Assembly: GCA_038496445.1 (NCBI GenBank)
Contig: JALMLS010000541.1
Span: 62,001-126,000 of the forward strand
Direction: 5' to 3'
From: Trichosphaerium sp. ATCC 40318
Lineage: Eukaryota; Protista; Tubulinea
DNA: 64,000 bases
The position numbers and the translations under genes are program-made. This document shows, one piece after another, positions 24,039-36,448 of the stretch. Under the pieces are notes generated by a model. It ran no database searches, was not told the origin of the DNA, and was given only the letters and a program-made list of their open reading frames with translations. Within the stretch, counting starts at the first letter, position 1; each line of letters begins with the position of its first letter.

Positions 24039-24042
24039 TTAA

Positions 24043-24322
24043 GTGAAACTCGGGTTTCACGACGCATCTCTAAAAATACCATCGTTTAATATATCACGTG
24101 TCATCTCTAAAGAAAGTGTAAATCCGTGATTCATTGTATCTACAAAGCCAGGAGTTCTAGCTTTGCAAAAAATACTTGGCGGTGTGAACAAATCCACGTT
24201 CACAAGCAATTGAACTTATCGCTGGTTCTACAAGGAGGTTCTGGTTACAAAAAATGATACTGTCAGTTGAATATTTGAACAAGCGGAACTTTTAGAGATG
24301 CCTCGTGAAACCCGAGTTTCAC
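24043..24322. mobile_element. MITE-like inverted-repeat element (locus A copy) abutting the endonuclease element
   Basis: 33-bp inverted repeats at 24043-24075 and 24290-24322 (32/33 identical), each containing the palindrome GTGAAAC-N4-GTTTCAC. Non-coding interior; homologous to 54579-54875. Confidence 0.65.
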
Positions 24323-24663
24323 TTTTTGCTAGTGGACCCCTCCAGTCAAATAACAGATATATGACCTTCAATCCATAGTATTGTCATGTAAACTATCGAG
24401 GTTACAAAATACTACTTTTACAGATTACAAACTACAAATGCTTTAAAAAGCCAGCTTCGTTTGGAGTACAGTCTTGTAAAAACTACAAAGTTCACGTAAA
24501 ACGTAGAAAAAGATTAGGGAACGCTCCGATGAATAAAACACGTGGCACTAGACTGATGTTTATGCTTTTAATGTCCGCGTGGTTTTAGGAGAAACAATAC
24601 AACAAAATGAATCACAGTGGTTGTGAACATACAACTTCAACCATTCAATTCATACCATCAACC

Positions 24664-25632
24664 ATGAAGCACCTCTTCGTTGCTTTATTATGCTTCATCA
24701 GTTTCGCTGTACTTGCATCAAGCTACATTACACGCGATATAAAAATGTTAACTTGTACTCGACACCCTTTCCCTTATGCTTCCATTGCCGGAGTTAAACA
24801 TGTGGCATCCTCTCCGACTCACACATGGGTGGTAGCAACCGACCACACAATACATATGTTACAGGATGATGGAACTTGGCTTAAAGTGTTTGGAGGGCTA
24901 GACACAATTGCTGTATCACCTCCTGGTACTAGCATGCACGTTTTTGGAATAGGCACTGACGACAAGGTCTACTCTAGACTTGGTATAACGGTAAGTCAAG
25001 CTTTATATTTATTACTACCGTGTTGTTCTTACTTTCTTCACCAGCCACAACTACCACAGGGTAATCTTTGGCACTATACTTTAGGACAACTTCGTATGCT
25101 ATCTGCGACCAATGATGGTAAATTATGGGGTGTTGGTACAAATGATATTGTTTATCACTGGGACAACCAATGGACATATGTAAGTGTAATACTGCTACAA
25201 GGAATATACTGATATTGTCTTTTTCAGAATTTAGAGCTCGCCATGCTTGAGGTTGCTGTTGACACTGGCAATACAGTTTATGGTCTTACGCATAGTGGAG
25301 ACTTGTATGTTATGAAGAATGATAAGTGGTTGCTTGTAAAATCAAAGCTAGAAGCGAAAGGTATAACGGTTTGCAATGATATTATTTGGGGTGTAGGAGA
25401 TAATGGAGCTCTCACAAAAATTGACAACGCTTACAACCCAAACTACTTAACTTCATATGTAATAGAGGAAACAGCATGCTTGCGCAGGATAACTGTTTCT
25501 CAAGTTAGTTGTAACCACGATGAGGCATTCCCGTGGTTTGTATCAAATGGCGTACTATATCATCAATGTACATTGCCACCCGTAACAAGTGCACCACTCG
25601 CACCTACAGACCCACCAACAGCAGTGCCATAG
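24664..25632 (+). CDS. Secreted tectonin-like protein, copy A2 (exons 24664-24990, 25045-25179, 25228-25632), short Pro/Thr tail
   Basis: Signal peptide, tectonin-type repeats, two phase-0 GT-AG introns joining the track ORFs in frame. Confidence 0.75.
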
Positions 25633-26757
25633 AGAAATAAACGTTGTTTAATGTAAATTTTGATTCAGTCTTTCTGTGCTTAGGTTTTTGATTTGAGGTT
25701 GCTGGTTTTAGTACAAAATTGGCTTAGCAATTGTAACACGTGGTATACTCAACGTAGTGAATAAGCTTAAAATTGTAGTTTATACCCTTGTATTAGTTTA
25801 GTCTCATAATCAGCCGATTTAATACCTGTAACAGCCAATATTGACTATTGTATTGACGAAAATTGTGCTGACTTACAAAAACAGTTTCACGTGCTCAAAC
25901 AAATTATAGTTGAACAGCTCTTATGATTCATTACTAGCTACTAGTTAAGTTATTAGATTGAGTGTTGGTCTTCTAATTTTGAAGGAGCTTGTGCACTATT
26001 TTTCGCCTGTCAGTTGGTAGTTTTTTTTCACTGATTTTTTTTACAACTCTTTTTGACGTTTGTAGTTTTACCTTAGTAAATGTCTCTTGTAGTTTCCTAC
26101 TAGCTGTTATGGCGTGATTGCACGTTTTTGAAGGTATTTAAACTTGCCCTTTCGTAGAGTGAAAGAGGTATGTTGTAGCGTCCTACGAACAGTGTAGATA
26201 CCAGAATTCATCGCTGCTGAGTTTTGGTTCGAGTGTACTACGTGGCCACAAGCAAGGGATCAAAAGCGCTTGAGTGTGTTAACCAGTTGAAAGGGAGCTC
26301 ATTGGTAGCAATGTAGATTAAAAAAAGTTCTATGTTCACCGTCTTTTTAGTATTGAATATATTTATTGTTATTTTAAAAAGTTGTGTACTAAGGGTTTAT
26401 AACCTCTTGTAGAGGTATATCTTTGAGTAAAAGAGTGATAGTGTTCGGTTTTTTAACCTTCGCTGTTTCTATTGGTTACCACTCGAGCGTATTTTAATAT
26501 CTCAATTGGCTATTGTCGTTGTGCTACAAGCCTTGCACATAGAATCACTGGCCCTTTTGAATGTATATCCTGGGCTTTTGCTACACGTTTAGTAGGTGGC
26601 TACTAAGTTGAGGATTAGACCTACCATACAATACTTTTTTTCTTACCTGTACACAGGAACTGTGTTCTTTGGTATCGCTTTCGGTATCTTGCACTTGTCG
26701 TTTAGTGTGGTAGCTGTTCATTAGGTTTATGGATTATCTAGTGTGAGCACATAAGAA

Positions 26758-27323
26758 TTATTTATAAATAGGCACGAAGAAGTACCAGTATATCTCTGTA
26801 AGAGAGTTGCAAAAGGTTGAAAAGCCTCCTTGTGACCATTCCATACTATCTTCAATCAATGCCATAACGCTCAAGTTCTCTTCAGGTTCTAGAGACATAT
26901 CGCAAGTATATGAGCAGTTTATATCAATGTCCATGTCCGTTGACATTTCAAGTGACGACTGAAGGTCATCTACGTCAATCTTTTTGGTGTGATTCTTTTC
27001 TTGTATTTGTGTTTTAGGCTTAGGTTCGTGCTTGTTGTTGAGCTTTCTCTTCTTTTTAGGCGGTTCACTTGATTTATTTTGTAAAGAAGCGAATGGTTCT
27101 AGAACGTATAAGATACGGTGGACAGAAGAGAGCGTTGTTGGGCGTTGTATGTTTAAACTATTAAGTTGTAGCCTTTGATCACTTTTTTTTCGAATCAGCT
27201 CAGAAAAAGAATGGCAACAGCTCTTTGTATCGCTCATAAACATACCTCCCGGTAGCGCTCGTTTTTTAGCTTCAGCTAGTTTGTTCAGAGTAAGGTACAT
27301 CGGAAACAACTCAAAGGCCATGT
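26758..27323 (-). CDS. Hypothetical protein with SV40-type NLS (PPKKKRK); may have an upstream exon at 27390-27565
   Basis: Long uninterrupted ORF with a basic NLS and an acidic C-terminal half. No family recognised. Confidence 0.5.
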
Positions 27324-28554
27324 TGTTGATGCTGTAGTAGAGCGTAAGGGCGCGCTTATTCTTTGTTTTGATTTTTATATTCAAAAGATTTACCTGCTAT
27401 CCAAACATGGCATCATAGGGTTCGTGAAGCACGGGTGGTCCATAATCTCGCTCTTACAAAGGTTGAAGGTACGCTCCATAAAATTGTTGTAAGAATAGAG
27501 CTCTCTCTTAGCTGTATTGTAAGCATCTATCTTTGACGTCTTTGTTTCGTTGCTGCAGTACATGAAGATGGTAATTTTTGATGTGACTAAGTGTGTTGAT
27601 GGTCGCTTGTGCACGTGCTTTTAGATAGTTCTCGATTGACGCAATGGTCGGATTGGTTTACCAAAGGTGTGTCAAACAAGAATTAAGGCTTACAAGAACG
27701 ATTATTTTAACTTACACAACCAAGACACATTTATTAGGTTTTTGCCTTTTAGACACACATTCAATAAATACTTTTGTATTTTCTATCCCTTCACAAAACC
27801 CGCTGCGTTACCCTGTAAAAAGGCATGATATAAGCTAGTTATGTTACGTGTACACAAAGTTAGACGACAGAAAGACCTAGGAAGTACCTAAATCGCGTCA
27901 CAATACCCGAAGGCCATAAAATTAGCACGAACGAAATTCAACTTATTTACGACATAAACACCGTGGGGATACTAAAAAAAACAATGTAGGGAAAGATAGT
28001 TGTGTTAAAAGAAAATATGGCCCGGAGAAAACTGATTCGGTTTTAAGATAAATTTAATAAAAATTCTAAGACTAACAATCTCATAATACGGCAACGCAAA
28101 ATGGAACGCTCTGAATAGATGTAAGAGAGTTTATCTAGACCATTTTAAAGCAATAGTCTTAAATTGTTAACGTAATTAAGGTTTTCGCCAAAATAAGTTC
28201 CAAAAAACCAGTCACGTGATTTATTAAAGTGTTTACAAGATAGCGAGTGCGTAAATTTATCCCTGATAGTAATCTTAATTTCTTGGGAGCTTTTGGTTCC
28301 CTAGATTATCCGTATATTGCAATAAACTGACCTCCACTGCGGCTGACGGCGTAACATGAAAACACTAAGGTCGTTTAGCCGTTTTCTACAACTGTTGTGG
28401 AACACAAAAACTGGCCAAACCTTACAGTACTACACTGCGATACTGGAAGAGTGTTTGAGCTTATACAACTATTTACGGCGCTGAATACAACACAAAAACA
28501 CTATTCAATAATCGTCACGTCGCCATACTTGAACTCTGCCTGTTTTCTTTCTTA

Positions 28555-29085
28555 TTATATCTCCTTCAACATAGAAACAATGTTCTTGCAGCGTGCCATC
28601 CTGGAGTCATTTCTTGTATTCTCCTTCCTTATTGCCTTTGATGTAATAACACTGTTCACATACTTGACCATTGGCATACCAGCTCTCAAATTCTTCTTCT
28701 TTTGCACCTGATTCGAAGTAGCATTGCACACTTGACCGTTTTCAAACCATCTTTTATACTCCCCGTCCTTCACACCACATTCACAAAAGCACTCCTTCTC
28801 CATTTTCAAACCACGTTATGTATTTACCTTCCTTCACACCTTCTATATAAAAACTCTTTCCGCAGGTGACCGTTTTGGTACCACGCTTTGTATTCCCCTT
28901 CATTCTTGCCTTTTATAGAAGTGGCCCTCTTCTCGCAGATTACCATTACGATGCCACCTCTTAAACTCTCCTTCTAGTGGCCCTGCAACATAGCTGCAAT
29001 GTTTCAATAGTTGCTCACAATACCCCGTCTTATATTCTCCTTCCTTTTCGTCATTTACATAACAGCATTCTATCCGTAGTTTCAA
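28555..29085 (-). pseudogene. Frameshifted MORN-variant (MORN_2/YwqK-like) repeat gene remnant
   Basis: Fragments EGEYK, EGEFKRWHRNGNL and DGEYKRWFENGQ lie in different frames with stops; related to 29338-29880. Confidence 0.7.
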
Positions 29086-29337
29086 CCAATATCATACCAT
29101 GATACTCCACTGGACGATAGTGTCTATTTTATGAGAAGTATTTATGTACTCTAAGTACTATCCAACTGCCTAATAACCAACAAAAACTAGTAGGAATACT
29201 TTGCAGGTTTAGAGGCGTGAATGGCATTGTAGAAATTGTACAAGCTTTGAAATTATGTAAGGGAAAAAATAATAATTACATTTACTGGCACTTTTTCTCA
29301 TCACCAGATCAACCATTTTATTGTTTACTGGTGAGAA

Positions 29338-29880
29338 TTAATCTACAGTATACTGAGGGTTACCTTGCTCTACACCATTTTCATATACACGTAGAACAGA
29401 TTGTTTACCATCTTTATGCCACTCTTTATATTCGCCATGATAATCACCACTTTTGTAGATGTAATGAGCCTGCTTTTGGCCGTTTTCATAGCAATGTATA
29501 AAGTCTCCATCAAGGCTACCATCACTGTACTTACAGTGGGTCATTAAATTACCATTATTGTAGAAACACTTATGCTCAACCAGAGAGCCATTATCGTACT
29601 TTCTTAATCGACAAAGTTGACCGTTTTTAAACCATATCTTCCACGTGCGATGCTTATCAAGGTTTTCGTTATATCTTGATGTTGTAGCAGTATATTTACA
29701 AAGCCTAGGCCATTTGTGGTACACACCAACGTCTTCATCTGTAATTTTAAGATGGATTTCGACAGGAAGCTCCAAGAGATTCTTCACGCCTTTTTCAAGT
29801 ACCTCTATTGCTCTAAAATGGCTATAAGCTTATTTCTTTGGTTTCTTGTATTAGACATACCGTTTAGGCTTAGAATGCAT
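29338..29880 (-). CDS. F-box-like plus MORN-variant repeat protein (2 exons)
   Basis: ATG 29880; intron 29860-29813 joins in frame to RAIEVLEKGVKNLLELPVEIHLKI (F-box-like), then Y/W-x-x-NG repeats (HGEYKEWHKDGK). Confidence 0.75.
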
Positions 29881-31298
29881 TTCTTTTGTTTCCATAGGTA
29901 ACTTGAAGCTATTACAATTATCAGTTACGTTTCAAAAGTCGTTAGAGACTAGGGTGTCGACTATTTAGTTTCTCCGCACTGATAAATCGCAGATTACGAC
30001 CTTTGACTTGCCGCTAGCAATGCCGAGTCTTCACATTCTTGTGGGCAATCTTGATATGGGGTCTATCACCTGTGCTTTAGGCGGAGATGTTCACGTAGTC
30101 TCTCAAATTGGAAAAAAAATTTGTGCCCACACGCTGTTGAGCTTCAAACCCTCTCCAGATACATTTATTTCGCCAATGAGGACCGCTCCTTCAAGGAAGT
30201 ATACGGGGTCGGCACTGTGCGACGAGAAAATTTTGCTATTTTTTCGTGTCATACATAACAAGCGTTTTAAAGCTTCTTTTACGCAATAGACCACATAATA
30301 AACGCTTTTCAAGCTGTAATTGCGTGTCAATAAAATAGTGACACGGTAAAAAAGGCAAACATGTGCTTAATCGCAATAAACGCGTTGTTTCTACCGTTTC
30401 CGAGCATTCTCGTTCCCTCTAATCGACCTTAAAGTTCGTCAAAACTGGTTAAGTGAGCGTTTTGTCAAAATGACTTAATTAATTACGCAACACCCTTAAC
30501 ACACTTCCCACCCTATAGCAAAACGTGTGGTACATTAAACGCCAAACCTTGCTACCAGAGCAAGGTTGTGTCTAGCTAACTCAGGGGTAGTGGCTCGCTT
30601 GGGCTTCGCTGGTATTGGTTATCTTGTATGCTGTTTGATTGAATAGTGTAGAAATTTACTAAAATACAATGATTGATAAATGTAATACTGTCTAAATACA
30701 CTTAAGCAAGTGCACTTACACAGTTCCCCACCCTATTAAGTTGGTACGCTTAATACAGTTTACCCTAGTTAGAGACTTAAAGTACATGTTAAGTTAATCA
30801 GAATAGCTGGTCGTTTTTTTGTCAACAATTCGGATACAAATTGTCAGCTGTCATATCTCAGGTGCGAACAGTATTTTTTTAAAACTAGCGCTTGTGTATA
30901 TACACTGTATAGGTACGTTTGGGTAAGATATTTTTGTACAACACACCGTAAAGTGTTTGTTTTGTGAATGTCTGTTCGCTGCACGTTTTGCTAACTGTAA
31001 CGCGAATATGTCATATTTTGGCTATCGAGAAACTTGGCAGTAGTGATAGATACCTTTTTGTAGCGCCACATGACTGCTGTTAAATATGGTAGAGCTCGTT
31101 CCATATCTACGCCTCAGATGAATTGTATCTACTGACTGCTGCTCGAAATACTAATATTTATGTAAAGTAGCTCTAAAACGATATCTAGAATACAAACAAT
31201 GAATAAGTTATTTATGGTTTAGCAATTGTATGGATTGAGATTGGAGTTATCAGAGGTCTTTGAATACGCAAGTGAGTGACGTATTTATTTGTTTTTCT

Positions 31299-32127
31299 TT
31301 ACATGATGCTAAGGCTCTTTGCTATGCTCCTTATTGATGGACGCTTTGTTGTGAGAACAAAGTAGTTCTCAACATCAGTACGTGTACTATTCCCAGTGAT
31401 GGCTACAAGCGCTGATATCAAGTGTATTCCGTCTTCTTCACAGTTTACTTTTGCAATCGGAATATACAAGGAATCATCAATACAGATCAAAATAATGCGG
31501 TATTCCTTTGAATAAGTATGATGTTGTAAAATGAACATATTGTCGACTTGTTTGGTGACTTCAATCCATTTATAGAAGGCATAGATATTCCTTGTTCGCT
31601 TACGTGTACCACCTAAAGCTGTTTTAGGTGTAAAGTCATACCAAGCTGATACAAAGGCATCCAGACGTGGTATGAGAACCCCTAAAAAAAGCAATCTCAA
31701 TTAGTACAAAATAAATAGAGCAAAAGCTTTTCGAATGAATACCTTGGTTAGTTGATTCACTCAGCGTTTTCAACTCTTCTTCAGTAATATTCTCATCACT
31801 GAGATCAATTGTTACTGTATTTTTATCCTTATCGAATAATAATCTTCCAACTACTTCTTTTCCTTTGATAATAACGCTAATACACGCCCTAGTTGCTAAA
31901 GTCGGTATATACATCCCGCCAACAACAGCTCCAAGAGCAGCGCCACCTGCAGCGCCTGTAACAGTCGCAGTTGAAACAACTAATACCTTCGTGAGAGTAC
32001 TTGCTTCGTGTAAGGTTTCTACAGCCATGGCAGCTGGAACTAGACATAAACCTCCACCAGCTACGAGCCCCATAAAACCACCGACTGCTGAAGGTATTCC
32101 TATCAAAGCTGCACCCGCCACAAGCAT
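31299..32127 (-). CDS. Hypothetical protein with Gly/Ala-rich hydrophobic (glycine-zipper-like) N-terminus, copy 1 (2 exons)
   Basis: Intron 31742-31682 links the two track ORFs. A second copy with conserved frame and intron position lies at 35665-36448. Confidence 0.7.
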
Positions 32128-32265
32128 ATTTGTATAACGCGAGCTTGAAAACACGTGTAGTTCCTACGTTAGAAGTTCCTGTACTTAAGCCAAAGTTTAG
32201 TACTTAAGCGAGGTTGCGTATCATTCAAAATCGACAAAGCATTGCCATCGAGCAGCAACGAAAGT

Positions 32266-34764
32266 ATGAGCAAAATAAAAGGGCGTAGAGTCATAAAGAT
32301 AAGACGTACTCTCAAGCGTAGAGCAACAACCAACAATACAACGAAACGTAGAAAAACTGAGGCTGGTACTCATGATTTCGTTGCAAACTATGTACCAGAC
32401 GAAATAGTTCTACATATACAAAGTTTGATACCGTTTAAGACTCGAAGTACCTGTGCAATTGTTAACGTACGTTAAATCTATCACTCAAAGCAAATTTTCC
32501 ATTTATTTGTTCCTCGAAAATCAATCAAGTCCCGCTCAGAGACGTCTTTTCCGAACTTTGATAACTACTTATTTTTTTTATTGTGTTTACTCTGACAAAT
32601 ATCTTCTTCAGAGACAATGGCACAGAGTATCTCGGACTAAGTCTTTGGGATGGATTGAAATAGTCTCTTTGCAGGACCTTGGTGAAGTCAGTCCACCGAC
32701 AGACTTTCATTCATTTGCATACAGATTGATATACTCTGGACCATGGGAAAAAAAGACACAGCACTTGGACATAGAACCAGCGTACTTTGAAGTTAGTATC
32801 AGGACACTTCAGGTACTGTTTTATACATAACAACTGCCAACTCTTGGAACAAGGTTTGCTTCAAGTACCTTACATTGGAACACTCCTTCTTGACTTGTAC
32901 CATATACTTAATGCTTAAAGTAACATACAGCCTAGTTCTTTGACAAGAATGATATTCCTCTTCGTCAGTATGACATTTCTTCAGCAAATGTCAATTGGAG
33001 TATTGACTGGAAAAGGTTGCTACAAACGAACAAAAACTTATGGCGGTTTGATTTTGGATCTAAAGGAAAAGACAAATTGGAAGTGCATCTAAACTGGACA
33101 ATGTAGGTTACTAGTTGTTCATAGCAACTAAGATCAAGAAATTCGTATTCCTCTTGCAGTTTCAAGATTGATCCTTTTTAGTTTAGAAGACATGGTCAAT
33201 GCCGGCTTGCAGCCTCCTTATGTACAGGGTTTACTACACTTAGCTAAAGATCATCATCTACGAAATAGAGACTGGATGGAAAAGATACAATACAAGTTCG
33301 AACTGGTAAGAGTTGATCTTAAAACAATTGAATCTAACTGTATAAAAGGGACAGTATATTAGTTGGATAAAACCAAGTCTATTCTTTGACTTCAAAGGAC
33401 AAATGGTTGTACCAAACGAGATGGTGCGATTTTAGAATGAGATTTCTCATACTAATGACGGCTCTAGGCAATGCTTCTGAGAAACACAGCATCAATACCA
33501 ATAAGACCATATTGTTGTGGAGGAAAGCTAGAAGGATGCGAGCCCATAAAAATATTTTATACAAACACAGAAGGAGCCAGTTCATGTGTTAGTTTCCCTA
33601 GTAGATGTGAGGATATACAACATATGGCTGAAGCTTGCTCAGGTACAAGGGTTTCTTTTGTTTTAGCTAAAAGTAAGGTTCTAGATGGATTCGACAATGG
33701 TGTTATCTCTCTGAAATCTGATAAAATAGCTACAAACTTTCATCCTGCCAATCGTGGTATTTTAGATCAAGTACAACATTACTACAAACTTTATATACTA
33801 CAGAAAATTAATGTTATCTAGGTTAACCGCACTTTGGCACAACACTACACTATATCTGCCAAGCTAAATACGATCAGCGTATATCCAACTGGGACTCAGA
33901 TTACGTTACCTAAAACTGATGAAGATGGTATATTCGGACATCTTATTGTTTGCCTTCCAGTTTCGTTCTCAGGAGGTGCACTTCACATCAAAAAAGAAGA
34001 AACTGAGAATACTTTCGAATGGGCGAATAAAAACTCGAAGTCAATACAATGGGCTGCTTTCAAAGATGACTCCGAGATTCGTTCTGAATATGTTAAAACC
34101 GGGTGGCTGGTAACGCTTGCCTACAAATTATACAATACACTGGTGGGAGTACAGCCTGGTCAACCAGTCTATGACAGATTCGCAAAGTTTCTCAAATGTA
34201 GAACCTGCTTACCTAAAGTACGTCAACTCTTGGTTCCAAACCCATTCTTTCTTGATTCTAACCTAGTGTATAGGGAGGATACCTTGGCATACTTTTAACT
34301 CATGAGTACTCTGTTAAAAGAGCTCAAATGAACTGGGTTACTATGCTCAAAGGGGAAGATGCATACTTATATGCATCTACAAAGGAGCATGGACTTACAG
34401 CTTTCTTTACTGCGGTTGCTATTACAGATGCAGGTATTTTTGTAATGATACCTAGAAGAATCTACACAAAAGGGCATGATTACTGGCTACAAAATAAGAG
34501 TCATACCAAACAATTTATGGAGGCACGATGTTTAGTTTATGTTAAGTTGTAGACTGTTATCTTAACAATCAGTAGGAGAAATTCAGTGCAGTTAACTCAG
34601 AAAATTGTATAGTATGGGGCTCTACAGAGTCTTCTCCTTCGCAATTATTGGGTGTAACTGTTACTTATGAAGACTACAAGCCAGGCACTAATAGCATTCA
34701 TATGAGATTTGCTATCGTTGTTAGTATACCAGATATCGAAAAAAGAAATGAACTAATGCCGTAA
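32266..34764 (+). CDS. F-box protein fused to a degenerate 2OG-Fe(II) oxygenase-like domain, multi-exon
   Basis: N-terminal VPDEIVLHIQSLIP...CAIVNRQW (F-box). C-terminal AKLNTISVY...IFGHLIVCLPVSFSGGALHI...IQWAAF...TGWLVTLAYKLY follows the P4H-like 2OG oxygenase pattern. Confidence 0.7.
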
Positions 34765-35664
34765 TTCAACGTAACATCATAAGTGTATGTTTGTATTGTC
34801 CTTACTTCTCAAGTTGTGCATGTTATTAAGGTCCCGTTATTAACTCAGAATTCATTGAACAAAAGTATATTTCTTCTAACTCTTACACGAATAGTACAGA
34901 CCTTACTTTTTGCGTGAGTTTTAAACCCGCAAGGTAGAATAACAGAACTTTTACAAGTTTTTTGAGGTTTTGAGTCGTTTTTCCCCCAGAAGCTGTTTTA
35001 AAGCTTACAACACTGTTGCCATGATATCATTGCATTCTTCATTCGCACAGGACATCTAATGGATTTTTTGGTTTCTATACAGAGTTAATTCAGTCACGTG
35101 ATAGAAGTATGAGTTGAACAACTAATGAGCATACCCTGTTGGTGTTGTGGGAGATCTGAACAAAGCCATTTTTCTAGGTAAGTCAAAAGGACTTGTCGAA
35201 CTAGTTCAGAGTTTTTGTGTCAATGTTTTATTGTTGTAACTTTGTATTTGACTGCAGCTGAGGAAATTAAATATTTCAAAAAAAAATTCCAGCAGATTTA
35301 TTTTGTAGCAAGGCCACGCAAAACCCTGTCCGTCGTGGGTATTCAGCTTTTTTGAACCAAGTAAACAAGGTTTCCAAGTGGTAAACTTGTAAACTGCACA
35401 GCCAAACAAAACCGCTTTATCAAAGGTGACTAGTTTGTTCTTTGTCTTATAGACCATCAAGTACAAAATAATAAAACACTCAGTTACGGACATTACACCA
35501 GAAACCCTCGCCTCTAGGAAACAAAGCTGTATTCAAATAATACGCTCAAACTTTCCTTTTATAAATTTAAGGATCCACAATTTGAGAAGTAAGGACAATA
35601 GTAAAAACAATACCATCATTGTAATCAAAGCTCAATAAATAAAAAAGTGAGTAGATTATTGTTT

Positions 35665-36448
35665 TTATATGATGTTAAGGCTCTTTGCTATGCTCCTTAT
35701 TGATGGATTCTTTGTTGTAGTTCTCAATGTCAACACGTGTACATTCCCAGTGATGGCTACAAGCGCTGATATCAAGTGTATTCCATCTTCTTCACAGTTT
35801 ACTTTTGCAATCGGAATATACAAGGAATCATCAATACAGATCAAAATAATGCGGTATTCCTTTGAATAAGTATGCTGTTGTAAAATGAACATATTGTCGA
35901 CTTGTTTGGCGATGTCTACCCATTTATAGAACGCGTAGACATTCCTTTTCCGTTTACGAGAAATTCTAGGTGTAAAGTCATACCAAGCTGATACAAAGGC
36001 ATCCAGACGTGGTATGAGAACCCCTAAAAAACGCAATCGTTTTTAGTATGGTACAATGTTAACTTATTTTACCTTCGTTTGTTGCTTCACTCAACGTTTT
36101 CAACTCTTCTTCACTAATATTCTCATCACTTAGATCAATAGTTACTGTATTTCCATCCTCGCTGAAAAGTAATCTCCCAACGAACTCTTTACCTTTGACA
36201 ATCACTCGAACACACATCGCTGTTGCTAGAGCAGGTACATACAACCCTCCAAAAACAGCTCCGAGAGCAGCACTACCTGTAGCGCCCACAGCAGTCGCGG
36301 ATGAAATAGCCAATACCTTTGCTAGAGAACTCGCTTCTTTAGTAGCTCTAATAGTTGGACGTAGTAATATCATTCCACCAGCAACAAGGCCCACTAACCC
36401 ACCAGCTGCTGAATGTATTCCTATCAACACTGCTCCTGCTGTAATCAT
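35665..36448 (-). CDS. Hypothetical Gly/Ala-rich membrane-type protein, copy 2 (2 exons)
   Basis: Clear paralog of 31299-32127 with a near-identical second exon (GVLIPRLDAFVSAWYDFTP...HLISALVAITGN). Confidence 0.7.

Noticed and set aside
30008-30330. Overlapping short ORFs on both strands
   Set aside because: Non-ATG starts, no motifs and no consistent splice pattern.
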